Part shown: piece by piece, positions 1 through 9,201 of the stretch | Position numbering within the stretch: position 1 is the stretch's first letter | How the letters are laid out: each line of letters starts with the position of its first letter | Assembly (NCBI GenBank): GCA_963422735.1 | Contig: OY730476.1 | Coordinates: 352,001-416,000, forward strand | Direction: 5' to 3' | DNA length: 64,000 nt | From: Candidatus Latescibacterota bacterium | Lineage (GTDB): Bacteria > Latescibacterota > UBA2968 > UBA8231 | Made by a program: the position numbers and the translations under genes | Notes under the pieces: generated by a model | Database searches by the model: none | The model's input: the letters and a program-made list of their open reading frames with translations, nothing else | Told to the model about the DNA's origin: nothing

Positions 1-2
1 AA

Positions 3-1943
3 CGTACCCATCGAGAATGGGCTTATGGGGTGACATGTAGGGAACTGTACCTGCTCTGCGATATTCCAGCGGTTCATCCACTGGGACCGGAGACGCCTGC
101 CAACTACTTCTTCGTCGGGCCGCTACTCGAGGGGCTCGATGCGGAGGAGCAAGGTGCGGTGGAGCGGGAGGGGGTGTACTGGGATCTCAGAATGTTGGGA
201 GCCGATTGGCCCTCCATTCAAGAGGCCCGGCAAAAGCTGGCAATGAAAGGGATTCGGCAGTGGGTGATTCCACCTGTTGGGGCGCGTATCGACCCAATAG
301 AAAACTGCGAGATCGTCGATCCTAATTTTTTGCGGCAGGCCGCCTCCCAAGCGGCTGTCTTTGCCGGCGGCGGAGATCCCGGTTTCTTTTACCAAGCTCT
401 ATTCAAGGGCATACCGGTCATTGGGCTTCCCACGAATGATACGCAAGAGTACTTCATCAACCGCCTGCAAGCACTGGGGCTGGGTATCAAATTGAGCTAC
501 CGAGATTTCACCCGACCGGCGGCTCTCGTGCAAAGCGTTGAGGGGCTGTTAAATCACTATGCGATATTCGCTAGACGATGCTGTGCTCTCGCCGGTGATA
601 TACGGGAATGGCAGGACGCAAATCGCGTCGCGGATATAGTTGATGTGTACTGGATGAGTCGTACGGAGGAACGCCGAATAGATTCGCATTATCAGATGAG
701 CCAACGCGACTTTGCCCGGCAGTTGTCAGTGAGCACACTGCTCCGCGACGAGCAAATTGAAGAGATGCTTGAGAACGGGCGAAATCGCCAGATGCCGCAT
801 GAAGTGCGACAAGACGGTATCTGGTACGATCGCCTCGATTCGTGGAACTGGCTGTACGACCACGACGCTCGCTTTTTTGCGTGTGATTACGAGGCGCGTG
901 AGGAGATGCGTTCGTTCTTCATTCACAAAGAAAAGGGTGCACTCCATTCAGCCATGGAAAGCCAGCGCTTGCTGCTGACGTACACCTTCACCTTGTCTGC
1001 GGCCGAGGATACAACACACGATGCGCGGATATTTCTGCCCTACCCAATAACCACCGACTTTCAGAAGGATATAAAGCTGCTATCTTGCCATCCTACGGGG
1101 ATGCAAGAACACTTTTTGCCACACTCGGGTTTTTTCTATGGCTACCCTACCGGTTGTGATTTTAGCTCCGGTAAGGCATATACGTTTTCTTACGAGTGTG
1201 AATTGACGGTTTATTCGAGAGTGATGGGTGCTACCGGGACAATGGAGACGATCACGTCCGAACAGTTCGAGCTCTACACCATCGTTGATAAATCCTTGGC
1301 CGAACATCCACTCGTCCGCCGTTGTTGGGAGGATGTGGGCATAGACGAAGGGTTGAGCGACGTAGAAAAAGCCCGTCTATTATATGGTTACTTGGCCAGA
1401 AATAAGCACTTCAAGAAAACCAAAGATAGCTGCCAATGCTATCCGTGTAGCACCCTAAAAGCACTGGCGGACGACGGGGGACATTGTATTACGTTATCCC
1501 GTGCCTTTATTGCTCTTTGCCGTCTGCAAAACATACCCGCCCGCGAGCAGGCCGGAGCCATAGCAGTCAACCCGCTAGGGTCGAGCCGGTACGAGAACCG
1601 GACGTATAACGAAGTGGTGTTTGGGCACACGTGGGCTGAAATTTTTATCTCGGGTCTCGGATGGATCCCTGTGGAATTTCACGGTATCAGTATTGGTACT
1701 CCAGCACTCACGGAGATCAATGTGCAAAGTGAGGCATTGCGCCATAAGGTCTGGGAGAATAGCGAGCCGTATTTTGACTTTTACTTTGGCCATTTGGACT
1801 GCTTCCACATCGTATGCTCAAACGCTGTCGCCAAGGAAATACCACAAGTCCTTATATGTGAAGATACAGATAATGGCTTCCCCCGCGTTCATCAACTGGA
1901 TTCTCTGAGGGAGGAATGCCGCTTAGTCTTTGAATGTATATAA
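3..1943 (+). CDS. Glycosyltransferase (GT1/GT28-like C-lobe) + transglutaminase-like fusion protein, 5' end outside the window
   Basis: Frame is open from base 3. It has a GT-B C-lobe-like segment (YQALFKGIPVIGLP..QEY), SWNWLYDHD, CQCxxC, and transglutaminase-like motifs GHCITL..ALCRLQNIPARE..GHTW..GWIPVEFHG. Paralog of 42080-44590 and 58785-61307. Confidence 0.8.
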   Translation, partial: RTHREWAYGVTCRELYLLCDIPAVHPLGPETPANYFFVGPLLEGLDAEEQGAVEREGVYWDLRMLGADWPSIQEARQKLAMKGIRQWVIPPVGARIDPIENCEIVDPNFLRQAASQAAVFAGGGDPGFFYQALFKGIPVIGLPTNDTQEYFINRLQALGLGIKLSYRDFTRPAALVQSVEGLLNHYAIFARRCCALAGDIREWQDANRVADIVDVYWMSRTEERRIDSHYQMSQRDFARQLSVSTLLRDEQIEEMLENGRNRQMPHEVRQDGIWYDRLDSWNWLYDHDARFFACDYEAREEMRSFFIHKEKGALHSAMESQRLLLTYTFTLSAAEDTTHDARIFLPYPITTDFQKDIKLLSCHPTGMQEHFLPHSGFFYGYPTGCDFSSGKAYTFSYECELTVYSRVMGATGTMETITSEQFELYTIVDKSLAEHPLVRRCWEDVGIDEGLSDVEKARLLYGYLARNKHFKKTKDSCQCYPCSTLKALADDGGHCITLSRAFIALCRLQNIPAREQAGAIAVNPLGSSRYENRTYNEVVFGHTWAEIFISGLGWIPVEFHGISIGTPALTEINVQSEALRHKVWENSEPYFDFYFGHLDCFHIVCSNAVAKEIPQVLICEDTDNGFPRVHQLDSLREECRLVFECI

Positions 1944-1948
1944 GGGAG

Positions 1949-2179
1949 CTGACGTTACGCAGTGCTTTGTCGCGGACGAACCAGTCCATCAGGTGGTCCC
2001 CCGCCGGTGGCCCCCGCTGGATGTCACGCCTAAAGGCGCGGTGAAGCCTGCTTCCGCAGGAAGGATCCTCGCCCGGACCGAGGTTCGAGCCCAAGGCTCG
2101 TCATTCCCTCGAAAGTGGGGAGGCAGCGGGGGGAGGCAGGGCGAAACCACGCCTTGGGCGGTAAACTGCGTAACGCCAG
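1949..2179. mobile_element. MITE-like non-autonomous insertion (231 bp)
   Basis: 15-bp terminal inverted repeats CTGACGTTACGCAGT (1949-1963) and ACTGCGTAACGCCAG (2165-2179, one mismatch), flanked by the 8-bp direct repeat TAAGGGAG (1941-1948, 2180-2187). No transposase. Confidence 0.8.
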
Positions 2180-2195
2180 TAAGGGAGCGAGCTCA

Positions 2196-3239
2196 ATGGA
2201 TATTTCTGTCGTCATCGCTACACACAATCAGCGCGATCGGTTGCGGCTTGTGTTAAGCGGCTTGGCCGTTCAAACATTCTCCGAGGGTCCGTTTGAGGTT
2301 ATAGTGGTGGACGATGGCAGCACGGACGGAACGGGGGAGTTTCTGCGTACATATAAGCAACTTCCCATAAAAGCTATTCCCTTGCATACCAATGTAGGAC
2401 GCGGTCGAGCGCGAAATATCGGTATAGCGGAAGCGCGGGGAGACGTAGTCGCCTTTTTAGATGGAGACGCGCTACCGGATCCCGATTGGTTGGCTCAACA
2501 TTGGCGACTATTTCAGCGCTACAACGGTGTAACAAGCGGGTTCCAGTATTGCTTGCCTTGCTTGGAGTACGTTGAGGATCCGCAAAGTGGTCTTCCTTGG
2601 GAGGACGTTCCGGCCTCGGTTACTCAGAGCATGCGTACGTATCCAGACGAATTTCGGGTGACCGAAGCCATGGTACAGTCCGATTTCGGCGCGATTGATC
2701 GACTGGCTCAAGAGGGTGGGTATCCCTTCCCGGAGTTAAAATTAATGCAAGATCAAGTACAACTGCTCTTTGACAACGTGCCCGATTCGCCGATTGGTTG
2801 GATCAGTTTTTATCCACACAATGCTTCGGCCCCGCGCGTCGCCCTTGAGGAGGTCGGTGGATTTGACGAAGAGCTGCTCCATTCTGAAGGATGGGATTTA
2901 GCCTATCGCCTCATGCGGAATGGCTACAACATGCGCTTTGCAACCAAGGCGCAGAGCTATCACCTGTATCACCACCACGACTTTTTTAGTCCACAGAATG
3001 CGTTCGCAGAATCGCAAAAACGGCGTAGGGCGATAGCCCATATAGTGAAGAAAAACGAGGATTCTCGGCTGTATCTAATCGAATTTTGGCTCGCTTCTCT
3101 ATGGCCGGACTGCCTAATTCCAGAGGAGATGCGCCTCAACAACCTGATGGAATTTCACGAAACGCATCAGACTATCTCGTGCGGTGAAATGGCAGAGCGT
3201 ACATTAATGCTCGATCTTCATCCCTTGAGAGGGGCATAA
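2196..3239 (+). CDS. Glycosyltransferase family 2
   Basis: ISVVIATHN..EVIVVDDGSTD..ARNIG..FLDGD, GGFDE. Start placed at ATG 2196 after RBS AAGGGAG, matching paralog 40872-41927. Confidence 0.9.
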   Translation: MDISVVIATHNQRDRLRLVLSGLAVQTFSEGPFEVIVVDDGSTDGTGEFLRTYKQLPIKAIPLHTNVGRGRARNIGIAEARGDVVAFLDGDALPDPDWLAQHWRLFQRYNGVTSGFQYCLPCLEYVEDPQSGLPWEDVPASVTQSMRTYPDEFRVTEAMVQSDFGAIDRLAQEGGYPFPELKLMQDQVQLLFDNVPDSPIGWISFYPHNASAPRVALEEVGGFDEELLHSEGWDLAYRLMRNGYNMRFATKAQSYHLYHHHDFFSPQNAFAESQKRRRAIAHIVKKNEDSRLYLIEFWLASLWPDCLIPEEMRLNNLMEFHETHQTISCGEMAERTLMLDLHPLRGA

Positions 3240-4583
3240 GGCATGAGACGGCCATGGAAGGTTCCGCTGCAAAAAGATAGAAGACTGCAAAGTTGCTTGG
3301 CGCTGTCGCTGGCCTTGCATCTGCTGGCGATGTTTGGCGTCGCGCACCGCGAGCGGGTTACTCAATTCCCTGTCCTCCCGCCGATCATGGTGAAGTTTAC
3401 CAAACGGCCACCGCCGCAGCGCACCCTCACCCGTCGCCAACGGCCCCACCAACGGCCCTTGGTGCGCCGCCCGGCCCTGCAAGCGGCCCCGGTCGAGGCC
3501 GTGCGGCCGGCTCCCTCGGCGGTGCGCCCGCTGCCGGTGTTCCAGACCTCGGCTCCCCGGCTGTCGACGGCTTCGCTGCCGGATCGGGTGGTGTTGCCCG
3601 TGCCGGATTTTCCGGCTCGGCACATTGGCCCGCACCTGCGGGTTGGGGCGTTGGAAGGGACGCGGCAGGGCGCGGACGAGATTGACTTGGGCTTGGAGAT
3701 GATGGATGTGCAGGCGCTGGACACGGGGCGGCACCGGGCGATGGTCGTGGTCGATCCCAAAGATCGGCGCAACCTCAAGGGGTTCCTCTATATGTCCGGC
3801 CTCTACAGCCCTTCCATCGAACGGGCTGAATACAGTGAGCAGGCCGAAAATATACAAGTGCGCTGGTATCACCAGATGCCGCGCCAAATGGTGGAACGGC
3901 GGATGCTGCAAGGGTTAGCCGATAAGATGACTGCCAGTACGCAGGTCCACGTCGAAGTGCGCGACGCGATTCGACTCGACGATCCGCAGCTTTTGCAAGT
4001 CCCCTTCGTGCTGCTAACTGTCAATACCCCCTTTGAGTTTACGGACAGCGAGGCGGCCAATCTAGGGGCGTATTTGACCGGCGGCGGCTTCCTGTTTGTG
4101 GATATTGTCCGCATGTTGTGGAACAATTATAGAGACGACGAATTAGACATTCCCTCGGTGCGTTCCCTCATTCGCGCCGGCTTCCAAGCAGTGGGCTATC
4201 AAGAATGGAAGGATTGGCAGTTTAGCCGCCTAGAGCTAACCCATCCGCTCTATCATTGCTTCTACGATGTAAACAGCCTGCCGCGCGGGATGCGCGATAT
4301 GCACTTTATGGTTGATGACTATCCGCCACGCACGCCGGACTATTTGGAGGGGATCATGGTCGGGGAGCAGTTGGTGGGGGTGTATTCGATGCGGAACTAC
4401 GCGGATTTCTGGGCGGGCATCGGTCGGGAGTTGGTGGATTGGTCTTTGGCGAATAACGTAGTCAACCACTCGGCTCTGGTCAGTGCCGAAGAGCCGTTGG
4501 TCTATGATTTGGGGGTGAATATCGTGGTGTACGCGTTGACGCGGGAGGGATCATTGGCGCGGCAATTAGTCGATGCAGACTGA
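3153..4583 (+). repeat. Duplicated segment, copy 1 (copy 2 at 11500-12933)
   Basis: Sequence starting tttcacgaaacgcatcag recurs at an 8347-bp offset. It includes the last ~87 bp of the GT2 gene plus the DUF4159 gene. Confidence 0.9.
3243..4583 (+). CDS. DUF4159-domain protein with N-terminal TM anchor and Pro/Arg-rich linker
   Basis: LALSLALHLL anchor; EAANLGAYLTGGGFLFVD, HPLYHCFY and LGVNIVVYALT motifs typical of DUF4159. Confidence 0.75.
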   Translation: MRRPWKVPLQKDRRLQSCLALSLALHLLAMFGVAHRERVTQFPVLPPIMVKFTKRPPPQRTLTRRQRPHQRPLVRRPALQAAPVEAVRPAPSAVRPLPVFQTSAPRLSTASLPDRVVLPVPDFPARHIGPHLRVGALEGTRQGADEIDLGLEMMDVQALDTGRHRAMVVVDPKDRRNLKGFLYMSGLYSPSIERAEYSEQAENIQVRWYHQMPRQMVERRMLQGLADKMTASTQVHVEVRDAIRLDDPQLLQVPFVLLTVNTPFEFTDSEAANLGAYLTGGGFLFVDIVRMLWNNYRDDELDIPSVRSLIRAGFQAVGYQEWKDWQFSRLELTHPLYHCFYDVNSLPRGMRDMHFMVDDYPPRTPDYLEGIMVGEQLVGVYSMRNYADFWAGIGRELVDWSLANNVVNHSALVSAEEPLVYDLGVNIVVYALTREGSLARQLVDAD

Positions 4584-4750
4584 GATTGGAGGACATATCA
4601 CCCTCGGGAAACGCTTGATTTTGGGGTCTTTCGACGCCCCGTGAGGCCGGCGCGGATTTTAAGACAGCTTCTAACGTTGAAGGGGGTACTCATCGCACCT
4701 TATTCCGGTTTCACCACAAATTTCAAGTTAATGTACAGAAGGGTGCTGTC

Positions 4751-5264
4751 ATGTTGCCCATTTCCATTTGTGTATGGATGGTGCTGTTGAGTGGCCCTGC
4801 GGCGGCGATCAGGTGGGGTTTTGACGATGGGACGATGCAGGGATGGGGAGCCAAGAAACCTATTAGTGCCGGGGGGATCATCCGTTGTCTGGGGCGGTCG
4901 AAGCGGCGTGTGGCGGATCAATGCCTTTCGCACCGGCGGCCTCAGTGGATCCGGGATCGAATTGATTTCTCCTACGATAGGCTATGATTCGCACCTTTTC
5001 GACCGGGTGCGGGTGCGGTTCCGCACGGTCCATCACAGTCCTACAACAGGAGACGTACTCCTCCGCTGGACCAATGAGCACAACCTCATGTACCCGGGTA
5101 GTGACCCCCTACCGGGAAGGGGTCGGTTTTCTCTTCCCGCAAACGGCACCTACGGCGAGTTGGTATATACGACCGAATGGCAAGAGTTCGAGTTTTCGTT
5201 GGTTGACATGGAGGAGAATTTCTTCTGTGTGATAAGACCCAAGCTGCTGCGGGGAGGGGCCTAA
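4751..5264 (+). pseudogene. Frameshifted, truncated paralog of the N-terminus of 9202-11343
   Basis: AIRWGFDDGTMQGWGAK in one frame and ELISPTIGYDSHLFDRVRVRFRTVH..YTTEWQE in another match 9202-11343. The FG-GAP and FlgD-Ig parts are absent. Confidence 0.75.
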
Positions 5265-5291
5265 AATCTTCCAAGCACCGAAAGGACGAGT

Positions 5292-8200
5292 ATGAGCGCC
5301 ATATCCTTTGAGCATATGTTGAGCCGCCAGTACACGGTCTTCGATGGGCTGGGTGGGATGCACGTGGAAGACATCTACCAAGACCGCCAAGGCTTTCTCT
5401 GGATCGCCACGGCCGACGGTGGCGTCAGCCGGTTCGACAGTGTGCGCTTCGATACCTTTAACACCAAAGATGGCCTGCCCAATCTGACGGTGATGGCCAT
5501 TGCCGAGGAAGCCGACGGGCGGCTGCTGTTGGGCACGTTTGGCGGGGGGATCGCCGCCTACGACGGGCGCGGCTTTCAGGTGTACACCACCGAGCACGGC
5601 CTGCCTTCCAATGAGATCGTGAGCCTGCAACCGCAGCCGGATGGCTCGATGCTGGTGCTGACCAACGAGGGGGTAGCGTGGTTTGCCGAGGGGGGCTGTA
5701 CAAGGAGCATAACCGATGTTGGCGGCCAACCGTTGGGGCGGGTGTACGATATGGCCACTGACGCGGGCGGCACCACTTGGCTGGCCACGTGGGAGCGAGG
5801 TGTTCTCAGCTTGGATGGGCGGTGCATGGATACCGGCGACCGGGCGGTGCGATGGCCTTGGAAATTCGCCGAAGGTCCCTCTGGCCACCTGTGGATTGCC
5901 TTCCTGTACATGAACCCCGAAACCTTTATCGGCCGCTACGATGCGCGAGACGAGCAGTTCGCATTCATCCATGTGGATTGCGAAGCCGAGAGGGCTGCGC
6001 AGAATGGGGTGCGGCATGTGCGGGTTGACGATAGGGGCTGGCTCTGGCTGGCGCGCCGAGGGGTGGTGGTACACACAGGTCAAGAGTGGCAGCAGGTTTC
6101 CGCCTCCCTGCCCGATATTGACTTTTCGGGTACGCGCCTGACGTACGAGGACCGCGAGGGCAATATATGGATCGGGCTTTGGGGCGGCGGGCTAATTTTT
6201 TGCGATCCGGCCAGCGTCCGGCTCTACACCGAAGCCAACGGCCTGCCGGACCGCGAGGTTCGCCACTTAGGCGAAGATTCTAAGGGGCGGATGTGGATCG
6301 GCACGATGGGGGGCATGGCCTGCATGGAAGAGGGGCAAATCCGTCCGCTCGATCAGTTTGAAACCGTTTCGGCGATGATGGTGGATAGCGCGGGGCAGGT
6401 CTGGAGCGGCGGGGACACCGGCCGGGTGTACAAGTGGGAAGGCCAGACGCCGCGAGCGATCGCCGTGGATGAAGAAATCCACTCCGAAAAAATCACCGGG
6501 CTGTGCCAAGACGGGCAAGGGCGTATATGGATTGGCACGTTCCGCGGCCACTTCGGCTGGGTAGAAGCCCATCGCTTCACCCTCCTCGACGAGTGGGAAG
6601 GCGATGAATGCCGCGCCCTGCTGCGAAACCAAAACGGGGTATTCTGGATTGGTTTCTTCGGCAGAGTCCCGGCACTTTACTGGTACGAGGACGGTCATTT
6701 TCGCCCGGTGAAGATGGACGAGTTGGAGACGATCGTCTATGTCAATGTCTTGTGGGAGCACCAAAATGTCTTGTGGATCGGCACGGCTAAGGGGCTTTTC
6801 GCGCTCGACCACTCGTCGGGGCAGGTGCGCCACTTTACGACCGATCAGTTTGAGCGGTCGGCCAATGGCGTCTTGGCACTGGCGGCCGACCGCCAGGGCC
6901 ATATTTGGATTGGGACCAGTGGTGGGGGTGTGCTGCGCTACGACGGCGAGACCTTCCAAAGCATCCGCTTAGGGCCGTCTGCTCTCGTAAACATAGTCGA
7001 GGCTATTCTATGCGACCGCGATGGCCGGCTGTGGTTTGGGACGCGGGCCGGCTTGGTCGCCTACCAGCCCGGCGACACGCCGCCGCGCTTGGTGATCCGC
7101 GAGGTGATGGCCGGCACCCTCTTAGATGCGCCTGAAGCCGTCTCCTGCTCAGAGAGCATTCCCGAAATCCGCATCCACTTCCAAGGCATCAGCTTCCGCA
7201 CCGGCGTACAGCAGATGCGCTATCGCCACCGCTTGGTAGGCTACGGCCCGGCCGAACCGTGGAGCGCGTTCACCGCCGTCGATGCGGTGGTGTACACCGC
7301 CTTGCCGGTGGGCGACTACCGCTTTGAGGTGCAGACCATAGACCAAGATGGCCTGAAGTCCGAGGTGATCGGCTTGGACGTCCACATCCTCCCCGGCATC
7401 CAAACTGAACGCTTCCGCGCTTTCGGAAAGGCCCTGCGGGCGATCGAGTCTGTTGTGCCGAGCCGCAGTCGGGCCATGCAACAGGTGATGAAAAAAGTCT
7501 CGCAGGTCGCCGGGACCGATATGACCGTGCTGGTGCTGGGCGAGACCGGCACGGGCAAGGGGGTGCTCGCGCAGACCCTCCACGACACAAGCCGCCGCCA
7601 CGGGCATCCCTTTATCCAAGTCAATTGCGGGGCACTGCCCCCCGGGTTGGTCGAGAGCGAGTTGTTCGGCCACGAGAAAGGGGCCTTTACCGGCGCAAAC
7701 ACCCGCCAGATCGGGCGCTTTGAACTGGCCGATGGCGGCACACTCTTTCTGGACGAAATCGGCGATTTGCCGTTGGAATCTCAGCGGGTGCTGCTGCATA
7801 TCTTAGAGGAGAATACCCTGACCCGCGTCGGTGGCGAGCAGTCTGTGCGGGTGGATGTGCGGGTGATTGCGGCGACCAACCTCGACCTACAGCAGGCTAT
7901 CGAGGAGGGCACGTTCCGCAAAGACCTGTTTTATCGTCTGGAGGTCTTCGCGCTTGAGCTTCCGTCGCTGCGGCAGCGGTGCGAGGATATACCGGCTTTA
8001 GCCGCGCATTTTGTGGAGTGGTATGCCCAAGACCTCAAGCGGCCGGTGCCGACGATAGACGACGGGGTGGTCGCGCATTTGCAGGCGTACTCTTGGCCGG
8101 GGAATGTGCGCGAACTGGAGCACGTGATCCACCGGGCGGTCTTGCTGTGCGAGGGTGGTGTGATAGGGGTGGAGGAGGTGGCGTTGCCGGCTGAAGACGA

Positions 8201-8438
8201 GGAGGGGGACGAAAGCCAGTCGCCCCCGCCGGCTGAACGACAAACCGGGGATGCGGCCGAAGAGACGCCGCTTGTCGAAGGCATGGACGAAAAGCAGCAG
8301 ATTGTGGAGGCCCTGCAAGCGACCAATTGGATGATCTACGGCGAGCGCGGCGCGGCCAAACTGTTGGATATGAACCCGGAGAAACTGCGTTCCCGCATGC
8401 GCGTGTACGGGTTGCGGCGACCGAAAAAGTCGTCTTAA
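5292..8438 (+). CDS. Sigma-54 enhancer-binding protein with N-terminal Reg_prop beta-propeller and Y_Y_Y domains
   Basis: Repeated DxxGxLWIGT/GLPxNxV propeller motifs; Y_Y_Y-like YTALPVGDYRFEV; Walker A GETGTGKG, GAFTGA, LFLDEIG, WPGNVREL; C-terminal Fis-type HTH. Confidence 0.9.
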   Translation: MSAISFEHMLSRQYTVFDGLGGMHVEDIYQDRQGFLWIATADGGVSRFDSVRFDTFNTKDGLPNLTVMAIAEEADGRLLLGTFGGGIAAYDGRGFQVYTTEHGLPSNEIVSLQPQPDGSMLVLTNEGVAWFAEGGCTRSITDVGGQPLGRVYDMATDAGGTTWLATWERGVLSLDGRCMDTGDRAVRWPWKFAEGPSGHLWIAFLYMNPETFIGRYDARDEQFAFIHVDCEAERAAQNGVRHVRVDDRGWLWLARRGVVVHTGQEWQQVSASLPDIDFSGTRLTYEDREGNIWIGLWGGGLIFCDPASVRLYTEANGLPDREVRHLGEDSKGRMWIGTMGGMACMEEGQIRPLDQFETVSAMMVDSAGQVWSGGDTGRVYKWEGQTPRAIAVDEEIHSEKITGLCQDGQGRIWIGTFRGHFGWVEAHRFTLLDEWEGDECRALLRNQNGVFWIGFFGRVPALYWYEDGHFRPVKMDELETIVYVNVLWEHQNVLWIGTAKGLFALDHSSGQVRHFTTDQFERSANGVLALAADRQGHIWIGTSGGGVLRYDGETFQSIRLGPSALVNIVEAILCDRDGRLWFGTRAGLVAYQPGDTPPRLVIREVMAGTLLDAPEAVSCSESIPEIRIHFQGISFRTGVQQMRYRHRLVGYGPAEPWSAFTAVDAVVYTALPVGDYRFEVQTIDQDGLKSEVIGLDVHILPGIQTERFRAFGKALRAIESVVPSRSRAMQQVMKKVSQVAGTDMTVLVLGETGTGKGVLAQTLHDTSRRHGHPFIQVNCGALPPGLVESELFGHEKGAFTGANTRQIGRFELADGGTLFLDEIGDLPLESQRVLLHILEENTLTRVGGEQSVRVDVRVIAATNLDLQQAIEEGTFRKDLFYRLEVFALELPSLRQRCEDIPALAAHFVEWYAQDLKRPVPTIDDGVVAHLQAYSWPGNVRELEHVIHRAVLLCEGGVIGVEEVALPAEDEEGDESQSPPPAERQTGDAAEETPLVEGMDEKQQIVEALQATNWMIYGERGAAKLLDMNPEKLRSRMRVYGLRRPKKSS

Positions 8439-8474
8439 AGAGGATTGCGGCTAACCGAAGAGGCTGCGCTCTTG

Positions 8475-8511
8475 ATACGGAAAGTCGTATAAATCATACG
8501 GAAAGTCGTAT
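8475..8511. promoter_or_regulatory. Putative bEBP enhancer: two ATACG-N6-CGTAT palindromes at 21-bp spacing
   Basis: ATACGGAAAGTCGTAT occurs at 8475-8490 and 8496-8511, about 110-145 bp upstream of a sigma-54 motif. Confidence 0.7.
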
Positions 8512-8619
8512 GCGGCCTTGCGCCGGTGCCTCATAGGAAGAGCCGTCTCATAATTCTAAGTATCATTTTCTTCAACGCTTTAGGGTCTCCTAAAGCATTT
8601 TTTTGCTCTTCCCTCGTTT

Positions 8620-8635
8620 TGGGCACGGAATGTGC
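8620..8635 (+). promoter_or_regulatory. Sigma-54 (-24/-12) promoter
   Basis: TGGGCACGGAATGTGC fits GG-N10-GC with the GGCACG core; upstream of the 8787 peptide gene. Confidence 0.75.
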
Positions 8636-8786
8636 ATATACAAAAGCAAGGCCTAGGCGGAAGTGCCGAAGCAGAAAGAAGGTGAGCGAACCACATCCTG
8701 GGCTTTACTTCACATCTCATTCCCTCGTCCCGTAGCCTCGCAGCACTTGGTCGCGGGCCTACGGGCGTATTGAGGAGGTAGAAGTT

Positions 8787-9059
8787 ATGAACACGTTGCG
8801 GGAGTTTTTCACGTCGTCGAGCGGGTTGGTGCCGGCTCGGCAGGGGCTGTCGCTGGGGTGGGTCATCAGTGCCCTCGTAGGGGTCGCCATTCTGGTCGGG
8901 GCAGAGGAAGCTGAAGCCCAAGATTGTCCGTCTACTTCGTTTGATTGCGAATACATGTATCCCACACACTGCACGAAATATTTTCCGACCCGGTGCTGCG
9001 TGATTAAGCTGGACCATAATTGCAGGAGCACTCTAGAATATTGTTTCTGCACCCCCTAA
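8787..9059 (+). CDS. Secreted 8-Cys peptide precursor
   Basis: RBS GAGGAGG; hydrophobic segment ending EEAEA, then core QDCPSTSFDCEYMYPTHCTKYFPTRCCVIKLDHNCRSTLEYCFCTP. Confidence 0.8.
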   Translation: MNTLREFFTSSSGLVPARQGLSLGWVISALVGVAILVGAEEAEAQDCPSTSFDCEYMYPTHCTKYFPTRCCVIKLDHNCRSTLEYCFCTP

Positions 9060-9110
9060 GAGCCATAGCTACTGACATAGCTATGAGGCTATTTCTCCGG
9101 CTAAGGTGCT

Positions 9111-9151
9111 AAGAGGGCTAGCTTAATCGTAGCGATCGAGCTAGCCCTCTT
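9111..9151 (+). terminator. Stem-loop after the peptide gene
   Basis: AAGAGGGCTAGCT..AGCTAGCCCTCTT, perfect 13-bp stem. Confidence 0.6.
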
Positions 9152-9201
9152 CTCAACTACCTAGAGAGGGTATCAGTCGGAATTTCGGAAAGGAGTGGAC
9201 T

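Noticed and set aside
1930-2256. ORFs spanning the fusion-GT2 gap and the longer 2115 start for the GT2
   Set aside because: They lie within the MITE; paralogs and the RBS support a start at 2196.
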